From a virus (lineage: Duplodnaviria; Caudoviricetes), in the IMG/VR virus record IMGVR_UViG_3300033067_001659, positions 1-39,230 of that record: a DNA stretch of 39,230 nucleotides; one strand, given 5' to 3'. Positions 26,227-35,008 of this stretch are shown here, in pieces. Every line of letters starts with the position of its first letter. Position 1 is the stretch's first letter. The notes under the pieces are model-generated. The model was given only the letters and a program-made list of their open reading frames with translations. It had not been told where the DNA came from and searched no databases. The position numbers and the translations under genes were made by a program.

Positions 26227-27377
26227 GAAAATTTAGACATAAAATAACAGGAGATATAGCATTTGAATTAAATTCAACTGATTATTACTCACTAGAAAGC
26301 GATATTACAAAAATACCTTCTAAATTAGTAGAAAATTCTAATGATTGGGAAGAAATAGTTGAATATCCATTATCAATTACTGATTTAAAAACTGGTACGT
26401 TTTATACAACTGAATATGAAAATCAAGGTAAATACACTTTTAGACAAGGTTGTGATATTTATTATTCACATCAACATAATTCATTGTATAATTTAAATGG
26501 TGATTTTACTAATTCAAATGGCTTTTATAATTTTAGAGAAGCTACTAATGAAGAAATTATAAAATTAATTCCTGAATATATTAAAATAACAAGAGAATTT
26601 AATAGAACTTTAAGATGGTGGAAGGTTGGTCATATTTATAATGTTCAATATCTTAAAAATAATAATTTAAAAGTTTATCATAAAGAATTATTGGATAATT
26701 CTACATCTATTAATAATATTTTTTATGTACCAGCAACTAAAGAAGAATATGATGCTCAATTTGTTAAAAAAGATTATGAAATATTAAGTTTTAAAAGTAA
26801 ATTTGGAAATGAAATTTATACTAAAAATGAAGACAGTTTATTTACAAATGGTAATATAAAACCTAGTACTATAGAAGAAATGTTAGATATTAATAAAACT
26901 AATATTATTTATTCAGTTAAACGTTTATATGATGGTGAAATATTTACTATTGGTGATAAAGTAATGTATGAAAATAGTGGTGATATTTTTATTATAAATT
27001 ATTTTACATTTTATGATAAAAAACAAACTAAAATAGTAGCAGGTAATTCAATTGCTACAGACCCGGATAATTCTGATTGGAGTATTATTAATACTCTTAT
27101 CAAATATAAGAAACAACCATTATTCAAAACAGAAGATGGTGTAGATATTTATGAAAATGATGAATATTATTGTACAAATCATCAGTATAATTTATATGGT
27201 CCATTTAAAGGAGTACTTAAATTTAATGTTTCTAAAACTTTTTCAACAAAAAAAGGTGCTGAAGCATATATTATTATGAATAAACCATGTTTATCATATA
27301 AAGAGTTAACTGAAAGAGATTTTATTAAACCTTGTAATCGTAACACATTACTTGAATGGATTAAAGCTAAATTATAA
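26223..27377 (+). CDS. Modular hypothetical phage protein
   Basis: REATNEEI, VPATKEEY, YSVKRLYDGEIFTIGD, PLFKTEDGVDIY modules; ATGA overlap. Confidence 0.8.
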   Translation: MRKFRHKITGDIAFELNSTDYYSLESDITKIPSKLVENSNDWEEIVEYPLSITDLKTGTFYTTEYENQGKYTFRQGCDIYYSHQHNSLYNLNGDFTNSNGFYNFREATNEEIIKLIPEYIKITREFNRTLRWWKVGHIYNVQYLKNNNLKVYHKELLDNSTSINNIFYVPATKEEYDAQFVKKDYEILSFKSKFGNEIYTKNEDSLFTNGNIKPSTIEEMLDINKTNIIYSVKRLYDGEIFTIGDKVMYENSGDIFIINYFTFYDKKQTKIVAGNSIATDPDNSDWSIINTLIKYKKQPLFKTEDGVDIYENDEYYCTNHQYNLYGPFKGVLKFNVSKTFSTKKGAEAYIIMNKPCLSYKELTERDFIKPCNRNTLLEWIKAKL

Positions 27378-27383
27378 AATATA

Positions 27384-27448
27384 TGGGAGTTAATATAGAA
27401 TTAAGGTCGCGGGATAGTCTATATTGGTTAAAAGCCAAAACTCCCACA
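27384..27448 (+). ncRNA. Small D-armless tRNA-like RNA directly upstream of tmRNA
   Basis: gggagtt/aactccc-A acceptor-like stem, tataga/tctata stem, ttgg-ttaaaag-ccaa T-like arm. Confidence 0.45.
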
Positions 27449-27454
27449 TTATTT

Positions 27455-27846
27455 GGGCCAGCCAGGTATTGCCTTATAACAACAATTAAAATAAGTAAGT
27501 AGTGAGATGTTTACTATCACTTAAATCTATGTTTACAGCCTTTTATCAGGCAATGTGGTAATCACTAACGAATTAGGTTCAAAAGCAGATTTGGCCTTTT
27601 TAGTTAAAAAACAAAATGCTTCTGCAAAAGTTATTAAATTAACAACTGCTGTTGAAGCAGAACTAGAGTTAGCTGCCTAGATTCAACAAAGTGTGGTCAA
27701 TTATAGTTTTATATATTAATTATAAAAGAAGCATTAAAAGCATTTAAAAATATAATAGTCTGTATTAGACGATAAACTTATACTAAACTTATAGAAAGTT
27801 TTAAGAATTGTTATGAGAAACGAGTGTTCGATTCACTCCTGGTCCA
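27455..27846 (+). ncRNA. ssrA: tmRNA
   Basis: gggccag/ctggtcc-A acceptor with G3-U70, T arm gagtg-ttcgatt-cactc, helix 2 cttataacaa/ttgttatgag, ATG-less frame ending ELAA-stop (27680). Confidence 0.92.
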
Positions 27847-27920
27847 CGGCGGCAGTGGTTTAAAAGTAACGCCTTAATGATAACTAGTTTATCAGAGTTC
27901 GAAGTGAATGCTGCGCTAAT

Positions 27921-27992
27921 AGTAATTTAGTTTAAAGGCTAAAACATAACCCTGATGTGGTTAAGAAGTTGGTTCGATTCCTTCAATTACTA
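27921..27992 (+). tRNA. tRNA-Ile(GAT), degenerate
   Basis: agtaatt/aattact acceptor, taacc-ctGATgt-ggtta; two T-stem mismatches and G37. Confidence 0.6.
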
Positions 27993-28081
27993 CGAGTGAG
28001 ATGATTATATATTTAAGTCCTATTATAAACTGCAATTTATATTAAATTATATGACATCTCCTTTCTTATTATTAACCAAAT

Positions 28082-28115
28082 AAAAACCAGTTAGGCGTGT
28101 GCAAACCTGGTTTTT
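28082..28115 (+). terminator. Intrinsic terminator
   Basis: aaaaaccag ... ctggttttt inverted repeat. Confidence 0.6.
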
Positions 28116-28132
28116 ATTTAAAAATTATTATT

Positions 28133-28345
28133 ATGATAAATTTATACTTAATTGAATCTAAACAAACTCAAAAATTTATTTTATGTAAAAATAGTACTCG
28201 TGCTGAAAAAATATTTATGAATTTAGTAAAATTAAATTACTATAAGCTATTAGATTATGATAATTTGAGTAATAGGGCTAAAGATAAATTAAATAAATTT
28301 ATAAAAAATAAATGTGTTGTAATTAGAATAACTAAATTAAATTAA
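28133..28345 (+). CDS. Hypothetical protein
   Basis: Start re-called to ATG 28133 because the GTG at 28097 lies in the terminator. Confidence 0.55.
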   Translation: MINLYLIESKQTQKFILCKNSTRAEKIFMNLVKLNYYKLLDYDNLSNRAKDKLNKFIKNKCVVIRITKLN

Positions 28346-28348
28346 ATT

Positions 28349-28681
28349 ATGAAATCAATTAAATTAACAGAAGAACATAAAGAGAAATTACTTGAAATGT
28401 GTAAAGTATTATTTCCTAAATACACATTTATAGAATGGAATTTGTTAGGTAAAAAAGCTTGGGATGCTGGGTATTTAAAATATTATAAAGATTCAGACAA
28501 ATATGCAAGTTTTATTCATTGGTTTGAATTTTGTTCAATACATTTATGTGAAAAAATATTAAAACCAAATATTAATAAAATGGAATTTTTTTGGGAAACT
28601 AATTTTTATGCTACTTTAAGTAAAGAACACAAACATCCAATAGATTATCTTTATGAAGAATTTAAAAAATTAAAAAAATGA
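28349..28681 (+). CDS. Hypothetical phage protein
   Basis: KLLEMCKVLFP...IHWFEFC...HPIDYLYEEF. Confidence 0.75.
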   Translation: MKSIKLTEEHKEKLLEMCKVLFPKYTFIEWNLLGKKAWDAGYLKYYKDSDKYASFIHWFEFCSIHLCEKILKPNINKMEFFWETNFYATLSKEHKHPIDYLYEEFKKLKK

Positions 28682-28920
28682 AAATTATAAAAAAAATATT
28701 ATGGTTTATAACACATAATTATAATAATACTTATTATATAGATAAAATCTATTACGAAAGTCTTAAATATTATGAATATACTGTATATAAGAAATATATT
28801 ATTTGTTGTTTAATACCTGTATGGATTAAACATGATAATTATACTTCTTTAAATCCTTCTAAAATAAGTTACACAATGACTTATACTAACTGTACTGAAA
28901 AATTAACAATTAAAAATTAA
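28678..28920 (+). CDS. Hypothetical protein
   Basis: 80 aa, ATGA overlap. Confidence 0.6.
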   Translation: MKIIKKILWFITHNYNNTYYIDKIYYESLKYYEYTVYKKYIICCLIPVWIKHDNYTSLNPSKISYTMTYTNCTEKLTIKN

Positions 28921-28924
28921 TCAA

Positions 28925-29863
28925 ATGTTTGGATTATTTAAAAATAAAAAAAAAGAAAATGATGTTGCTATAATAGGAGCAAGTTCTTCAGAAACTACTA
29001 TATTTAATTTAACTGAGAATTACGTAAAAAAATATCCTAATGAAGTAATAATAATTCATAATGAATTTGAAAATGCTGCTGATAAGTTATTAATTGAAGC
29101 TAATAATATTATTAAAGAAGCTGAATCTAAAGATATTAATAAAGTTAAACGTCTTGAATCTTTAGGATTTACAAAAACTAGTCAAGTTGTTGAAATTCAA
29201 CCGTTAATGCAAAAAGCTGAATTAAGTAAAGAACAAGTTGAACTTTTAAATTATTATAAAAGAGAATATCCTTTGAATAAATTTATTACTGAAGAACAAG
29301 TCCAAGCTATATGTTATAAATATAATTTAGTTTGTGGTGATGTTAATAGATTTAAAGGATTTGTACCTGAGAAGAATTTAAAAGAGATTGAAAGTTTTAA
29401 AGTAAAAGATAATGAAAAATCATTAACTTTTATCGAAGTTTTTACTTATAATGATACATACGTTGGTTTATTTTGTGGGAAAGATTTAGAAATTAGATGC
29501 CTTGCTGGTTATTATCATATTTATTCAAAAAGTGAAACAAAAAATTACGATTATTCTTTTCAGCAAAATAGTAAAATTTTAGCAGAAAAAGGTGAATTTT
29601 ATGGAGTAGACTATAAAAATCTTTTCGGTTTAAAAGATAAAGGTTCTTTTAATATTAAAATTCAAAATAAAAATTTACAAATTTGTGCTCCTGTTAAAGA
29701 TATGGACATTTCAGGTTTAGAGCTTGTAGAAGGTTATAAATTAAAAGAAATACATATTCCAGACCCAGTAGTATTACAACCCGTTAAAGGTGGTTATTTA
29801 ATATTAACTAAATGGGGGGATGAAGCATCAGACCCTATATTACAAAATGAAATAAATAATTAA
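28925..29863 (+). CDS. Conserved Bacteroidetes-phage hypothetical protein
   Basis: FITEEQV..IC.KYNLV.G...F.G.VP and C-terminal PDPVVLQPVKGGYLILTKWGDE. Confidence 0.8.
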   Translation: MFGLFKNKKKENDVAIIGASSSETTIFNLTENYVKKYPNEVIIIHNEFENAADKLLIEANNIIKEAESKDINKVKRLESLGFTKTSQVVEIQPLMQKAELSKEQVELLNYYKREYPLNKFITEEQVQAICYKYNLVCGDVNRFKGFVPEKNLKEIESFKVKDNEKSLTFIEVFTYNDTYVGLFCGKDLEIRCLAGYYHIYSKSETKNYDYSFQQNSKILAEKGEFYGVDYKNLFGLKDKGSFNIKIQNKNLQICAPVKDMDISGLELVEGYKLKEIHIPDPVVLQPVKGGYLILTKWGDEASDPILQNEINN

Positions 29864-29874
29864 AAAAGAGATTT

Positions 29875-31059
29875 ATGGAAAAAATTAAAAGTGAAATTGA
29901 TAAATTGACAGAAAAACAAGCAAGCAAATATACTAAAATAAATAATGAAAAAATATTATTATTAGGTTCTTCTGAACAAGAAAATAAATTTTATGACCTT
30001 AAAAAAGCTTTAAGATGGGATGATTATGATAAAAAAATTAAAGAAGAAGATAATAAAGGTTTAGAAATTGATTTGGCTTCTAAAGAAAATAATTGTAAAG
30101 TTTTAAGTGAAGAAACTATACTTGAATATTGTATTAAAAACAATTATGTATTATGTAATTTAGATGAATATAAAGGTAAAATTTCTATTGAAATGTTAGA
30201 AGTATTAAATACATACTTGAAAAACAATGATATGAATATTGCTTCAGAAGCTAATTTAAATTCTTTATATATTTTATGTAGATTTAAAGATATTAATAAT
30301 AACAACGTTGAAAAACGTTATAAAGGTAAAATACTACCTAAAATATTATTATTACATAAAATAGATAAAGGTAATAAATATAAAAATAATAATTACAGAG
30401 TAATAGATGAACAGGGAGAATTAAAAACTATTAGTAATTTTATTAGAAGTTTATATACAACTTTTACTAAAACAACTAATTTCTTTAGAGCTTTTATTAC
30501 TTTTTTTATTATTAAATTATTATTCATATTACTTGGTTTTATTGTTATATTTAATAGTAATGATTTAGGAATTTTTCAAAATGGTATACTTAATAAATCA
30601 AGTTTGACTTTTTTGTATTTTTACATACCATTAATAGTTTTGATTTTTAAAACTATATTTCCTATAATGTTTGGTAAAGGTGATGAGTTTAATACATTTA
30701 ATATACATAATGATAAAAATTATGAAAAATTAGAATATTCTTCAAAATATTTATTATGTTATTTACAAAGAAGATATATGAATGTTAAAAAATTTATACC
30801 TATAGTAAAATTAAAAAATCAAATATTTTATTGGTCTTTAATAATATTATTTATTTTATCATTTTTATTTTTAAACAGAATTCAAAAATTAATAATTTTA
30901 GATAAATATAAAAAAATTGAAATATTACAAAAAGAAGAACCTATAAAACCTGAAAAACCAAAATATTATACTAAAAAAATGTATATTGATGTATATAAAC
31001 AACAAACAAAATTAACTTACACAAAAGAACAAATAACAAAATTAGGATATTTAAAATAA
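29875..31059 (+). CDS. Membrane protein (3 TM) with N-terminal domain resembling the upstream gene
   Basis: LSEETILEYCIKNNYVLCNLDEYKGKI parallels ITEEQVQAICYKYNLVCGDVNRFKGFV; three hydrophobic segments. Confidence 0.7.
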   Translation: MEKIKSEIDKLTEKQASKYTKINNEKILLLGSSEQENKFYDLKKALRWDDYDKKIKEEDNKGLEIDLASKENNCKVLSEETILEYCIKNNYVLCNLDEYKGKISIEMLEVLNTYLKNNDMNIASEANLNSLYILCRFKDINNNNVEKRYKGKILPKILLLHKIDKGNKYKNNNYRVIDEQGELKTISNFIRSLYTTFTKTTNFFRAFITFFIIKLLFILLGFIVIFNSNDLGIFQNGILNKSSLTFLYFYIPLIVLIFKTIFPIMFGKGDEFNTFNIHNDKNYEKLEYSSKYLLCYLQRRYMNVKKFIPIVKLKNQIFYWSLIILFILSFLFLNRIQKLIILDKYKKIEILQKEEPIKPEKPKYYTKKMYIDVYKQQTKLTYTKEQITKLGYLK

Positions 31060-31068
31060 AAACAAATT

Positions 31069-31187
31069 ATGAAAAAAATAATAAACTAAAAAAGATTGAA
31101 AAAGGTACTTATCATAAAATTTCAATACGTGCTTTATTTATTTGGATTATTTATTATTTATCAATATTAATTTACTTTAAAATTTAA
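31069..31187 (+). pseudogene. Small membrane ORF frameshifted at an A7 run
   Basis: ATG-AAAAAAA-TA stops early; -1 frame gives NNKLKKIEKGTYHKISIRALFIWIIYYLSILIYFKI*. Confidence 0.35.
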
Positions 31188-31190
31188 AAC

Positions 31191-31484
31191 ATGCAAAACA
31201 TAACAAACAATCATCCTTTATTTTTCTATTCAGAAATTAAAAGTACTTGGAAAAATCAAAAAATTACTCGTAAAGTAGCCTTTGCTGGAGTTTACGATAA
31301 TAATACACTTAAAATTGGACAATCAATTTGCTCAGAAAAAGATATATTTGATAAAAAGAAAGGTAGATTAATAGCTCAAGGACGTGCTAATAAAAAACCT
31401 TTAGTCACTATTGACTTAAATATCCATAAGGATAAAAAAATATCAGATGTCTTTGTTGCTAATTGTAAAGAACTTTTAAAATAA
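31191..31484 (+). CDS. Conserved small phage protein (C.xxD.F.K..G..IA..RA motif)
   Basis: IGQSICSEKDIFDKKKGRLIAQGRA. Confidence 0.75.
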   Translation: MQNITNNHPLFFYSEIKSTWKNQKITRKVAFAGVYDNNTLKIGQSICSEKDIFDKKKGRLIAQGRANKKPLVTIDLNIHKDKKISDVFVANCKELLK

Positions 31485-31497
31485 CAAATAATTATAA

Positions 31498-31514
31498 TGC
31501 GGGGTAGAGCAGTA
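31498..31514 (+). pseudogene. 5' remnant of an initiator-type tRNA-Met gene
   Basis: tgcggggtagagcagta matches positions 1-17 of bacterial tRNA-fMet; GC-rich island in AT-rich DNA; rest absent. Confidence 0.55.
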
Positions 31515-31517
31515 ATT

Positions 31518-31919
31518 TTAATTAATTTTATAATTATACGCCCAATTTATAGTACTAATAAAATAAGATGTTTTAGGAGCTTCTACGCGAAGATGCATAT
31601 TTCCTCCTGTAGGAGCTTCTGAAACATGTATTTTATAAATAGAATTTAATTCTGGACAATATACAATAAAAAAATCTATATCATTAATATAATTAGTTTT
31701 TTTACCTGTAAAACCATTAGTACTGGTAGTTTTAAAAACAACACAACCATTTACTAATCTTCCTGTTTTACATTGTATTTTAGATAATGTTTTACCATTA
31801 TCTAATATCATATCATATCTACTATTATTTCCAAACGGAATTGATACAGAATGACCAGATTTTAATAAAAAAGCAAGTATTATTGCTTCAGAAATGTTAC
31901 CTTTTGTTTTACTATTCAT
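31518..31919 (-). CDS. Group I intron-associated PD-(D/E)XK homing endonuclease (I-Ssp6803I / PDDEXK_5 family), free-standing
   Basis: KGNISE....FL..G.SVSIPFG.NSRYD.I.D.G..L.KIQCKT...Y...IDFF.VY.P; antisense to neighbours; start re-called to MNSKTKG. Confidence 0.85.
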   Translation of the reverse strand: MNSKTKGNISEAIILAFLLKSGHSVSIPFGNNSRYDMILDNGKTLSKIQCKTGRLVNGCVVFKTTSTNGFTGKKTNYINDIDFFIVYCPELNSIYKIHVSEAPTGGNMHLRVEAPKTSYFISTINWAYNYKIN

Positions 31920-31922
31920 AAT

Positions 31923-31931
31923 ACAAAGGTA
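31923..31931 (-). promoter_or_regulatory. Bacteroidetes housekeeping -7 element TACCTTTG
   Basis: TAnnTTTG a few nt before the endonuclease ATG; no properly spaced -33 TTTG seen. Confidence 0.4.
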
Positions 31932-31985
31932 AATAAAAAATATCAAAATAAAAAATTTATTTTTATAAATTTTAAATTAGCTAAT

Positions 31986-32261
31986 ATGGAACAAAAAATA
32001 AGAAAAAAAAATTACATTAAAACTATGACATATATTCAACGTGTATATGATGAAAAATATGCAGAATATGATAAAATGTCATTAGATGAATTAAAAGCAT
32101 TTTTTGAAGAGTCTAAAAAATCTAAATTAACACGTATTGGTGGTACTTATAAAAAAGCATTTTTAGATGTAGTATCTAAAAAATTACAAAATAAAGCTAT
32201 TAAAGAAACAATAACTGTTAAAAATGAAGAAAATAAACAAGAAGAAACCATTGGTAGTTAA
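31986..32261 (+). CDS. Hypothetical protein
   Basis: 91 aa. Confidence 0.7.
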   Translation: MEQKIRKKNYIKTMTYIQRVYDEKYAEYDKMSLDELKAFFEESKKSKLTRIGGTYKKAFLDVVSKKLQNKAIKETITVKNEENKQEETIGS

Positions 32262-32280
32262 TAAACTACTAATGGTTTTT
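32245..32280 (+). terminator. Intrinsic terminator
   Basis: aaaccattggtagtt-aata-aactactaatggttt(tt). Confidence 0.7.
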
Positions 32281-32297
32281 AATAAATACCGTAAAAT

Positions 32298-33110
32298 ATG
32301 TATGTTAAATTAATAAAAGATATTAAAATAGGTAGAATTAAATATTTTAAAGGATTAGTTTTAAATTTAATTAATTCTATGGATGGTGTACATTATCTTT
32401 ATTGTGGAGAAAAAATACCTAAAAGTTATACAAGTAGTTATCATATTAGTAGTGGATTAATAAGTATTAGTTATGTTTTTGAAAATTTACTTAGTGCTTT
32501 AGATTATTATAAAATTAAAAATATAAACCATTTATTAAATAATCCGTTATATTCTTTAAAAGACTCTTATAATACTTATCAGAATTCATTATTAATTAAA
32601 AATCTTAATAATTCTATAATAGAATATTATATGTTTGAAGAATTTAATTACCAGTATAAAGCACAAAGTTTTGATTCTATAATACAATCTAAAACAAATA
32701 GTATTTTTCTTCGTGTTTTAAATTTTTGTTTTGAAATGCTTGATAATAATAATAATACTATTATTGATTATATTAAAGAAGGTTATGATGGTGATGATTT
32801 AAATGATATTATTAATTATTTGGATAAAAAATCAGATTTAGATAACAATAATTTTAAAAAATATCTCAAAGAATTTGAATATCAAGAAAATATTGATTAT
32901 ATAATAGATTTAATTAACAAAAAATTAAAAGTAATTCAAGAAGATAAAAAGATTAAAGAACCTATTGATAAATTTGAAAAAGTTAGTGATAAACCTAAAA
33001 AAGAAATCTTAAAACAAAGAATAATTGCTAAAAAAAAATTAGATGATTCTGATTATTTAGGTTTTAAATTTATAGAACCTCTTACTAATAGACCACCTCT
33101 TGAATTTTAA
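32298..33110 (+). CDS. Hypothetical protein
   Basis: 270 aa, low complexity N/K/I/Y-rich. Confidence 0.7.
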   Translation: MYVKLIKDIKIGRIKYFKGLVLNLINSMDGVHYLYCGEKIPKSYTSSYHISSGLISISYVFENLLSALDYYKIKNINHLLNNPLYSLKDSYNTYQNSLLIKNLNNSIIEYYMFEEFNYQYKAQSFDSIIQSKTNSIFLRVLNFCFEMLDNNNNTIIDYIKEGYDGDDLNDIINYLDKKSDLDNNNFKKYLKEFEYQENIDYIIDLINKKLKVIQEDKKIKEPIDKFEKVSDKPKKEILKQRIIAKKKLDDSDYLGFKFIEPLTNRPPLEF

Positions 33111-33112
33111 AA

Positions 33113-35005
33113 ATGGTAGTAATATATGATATAGAAACTTTAGCATCATGTTTCACTTATACAGATTACTGTATTGAAACAAAGAATATTTATCAAGCAG
33201 TATTACATAAAGATAGATTTGAATTATCATCATTTTATAATCATTTAAAAAAAATTAAAGGTCAAATAGGATTTAATAATTTAGAATTTGATTATCCTAT
33301 TATTCATTATATATTAAAATGCTATAATGAATGGATATGTGAAAGAAGTTCTAATGAAATAATAATAGAAGATATTTATAATGAAGCACAAAGATTAATC
33401 AAATCTCAAAACAGTCCTGTTAAAGTTTATAATGCTATTAGAGCAAAAGATGTTATTATACAACAATTAGATTTATTTAAAATATGGCATTACAACAATA
33501 AAGCTCGTATGACTAGTTTAAAATCGTTAGAGATTAGTATGAATTATCCTAATGTAATGGATATGCCTATACATCATAATGATATTAATATTAGTTTAGA
33601 ACAAGTTGATGGTATATTAGAGTATAATTTAAACGATGTAATGGCTACTTATGAGTTTTATAATAAATCTTTGGCCAAAATACAATTAAGAAAATCACTT
33701 AAAAAACAGTATAATATTGATTGTTTAAACTGGTCTGATAGTAAAATAGGAGAAGAATTGATTTTAAAGCTTTATTCTAAAGAAAATGATATTACACCTT
33801 ATGAACTTAAAAATCTACGCTCAGAAAGGCTAAAAATAGCCTTAAAAGACATTATTTTAGATTATATTTCATTTAATTCATCTGAATTTACTAATTTGTT
33901 AAATTATTTTAAAAATAAGGAAATAACTGAAACTAAAGGTTCTATTGAATGCTCAGTAATTTATAAAGGTTTTAAGTATGATTATGGTACTGGTGGAATT
34001 CATGGTTCTGTTAAATCTGGAATATATGAATCAGATAATAAATATATGATTATTGATGCTGATGTGTCTAGTCTTTATCCAAGTTTAGCTATTACTAATG
34101 GATTTTATCCTGAACATTTAGGTTTATCTTTTGTAGAAATCTATAAATCTATTATTACTTTAAGATTACAGGCTAAAAAAGAAGGTAATATGGTATTATC
34201 TGATGGATTTAAACTTGCTGCAAATAGTGTTTATGGTAAATCTAATGATAAACATAGTTTTTTATATGACCCTAAATTTACAATGGCTATTACAGTTAAT
34301 GGCCAACTATTACTTACTAAATTAGCTGAATATTTAACTAATATACCTGAATCAATGGTAATTCAAATTAATACGGATGGTATTACAATGAAAATACCAA
34401 GAAATCATGAGCAAGTATATTATGATATTTGTAAAGAATGGGAAAAAGAAACTAAATTACAGTTAGAATATGTAGAATATTCTAAAATGGTTATTGGTGA
34501 TGTAAATAATTATTTAGCAGTAACTACTAAAGGTAAAATTAAAAACAAGGGTAGATTTGAAGTGGATAAAGTAGTTGGTAGTGAACCAGCTTACCATAAA
34601 GATAATTCTTTTAGAATTATACCATTAGCTTTACAAGAATATTTTGTAAAAGGTACTCCTATTGAAGATACTGTTAAAAATCATACTAATATATATGATT
34701 TTTGTGGTCGTCAAAAGTTTAAAGGTGAAGATTGTGGTTTTATAAGATTCATTAATGATGATAAAATTACAGAAGAAATACAACAAAAAAATGTTAGATA
34801 TTATATATCTAATAGAGGTGCTAGTTTTATAAAAAACTATGCAAAAGGAAGCCAAGAAATAATAAATAAAGGTTATTTGGTTACTATATTTAATAAATAT
34901 ATTGAAAAAAATATTAATAATTACAATTTAAATTATGAATTTTATATAAAAGAAATAAATAAAGAAATAAATAACATAATAAATAAACAATTAAGTTTGT
35001 TTTAA
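33113..35005 (+). CDS. DNA polymerase family B with 3'-5' exonuclease
   Basis: ExoI YDIET, ExoII GFNN..FD, ExoIII YN.ND, motif A DADVSSLYPS, motif B KLAANSVYGK, motif C INTDG. Confidence 0.93.
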   Translation: MVVIYDIETLASCFTYTDYCIETKNIYQAVLHKDRFELSSFYNHLKKIKGQIGFNNLEFDYPIIHYILKCYNEWICERSSNEIIIEDIYNEAQRLIKSQNSPVKVYNAIRAKDVIIQQLDLFKIWHYNNKARMTSLKSLEISMNYPNVMDMPIHHNDINISLEQVDGILEYNLNDVMATYEFYNKSLAKIQLRKSLKKQYNIDCLNWSDSKIGEELILKLYSKENDITPYELKNLRSERLKIALKDIILDYISFNSSEFTNLLNYFKNKEITETKGSIECSVIYKGFKYDYGTGGIHGSVKSGIYESDNKYMIIDADVSSLYPSLAITNGFYPEHLGLSFVEIYKSIITLRLQAKKEGNMVLSDGFKLAANSVYGKSNDKHSFLYDPKFTMAITVNGQLLLTKLAEYLTNIPESMVIQINTDGITMKIPRNHEQVYYDICKEWEKETKLQLEYVEYSKMVIGDVNNYLAVTTKGKIKNKGRFEVDKVVGSEPAYHKDNSFRIIPLALQEYFVKGTPIEDTVKNHTNIYDFCGRQKFKGEDCGFIRFINDDKITEEIQQKNVRYYISNRGASFIKNYAKGSQEIINKGYLVTIFNKYIEKNINNYNLNYEFYIKEINKEINNIINKQLSLF

Positions 35006-35008
35006 AAA

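Noticed and set aside
27848-27917. Possible tRNA between tmRNA and tRNA-Ile (gcggca/tgctgc, tgataa/ttatca, gttcgaa)
   Set aside because: No proper T stem or D arm; at most a degenerate structured spacer
12297-35005. Inteins or introns in terminase or DNA polymerase
   Set aside because: Both have normal length, contiguous motifs and no intein junction signatures
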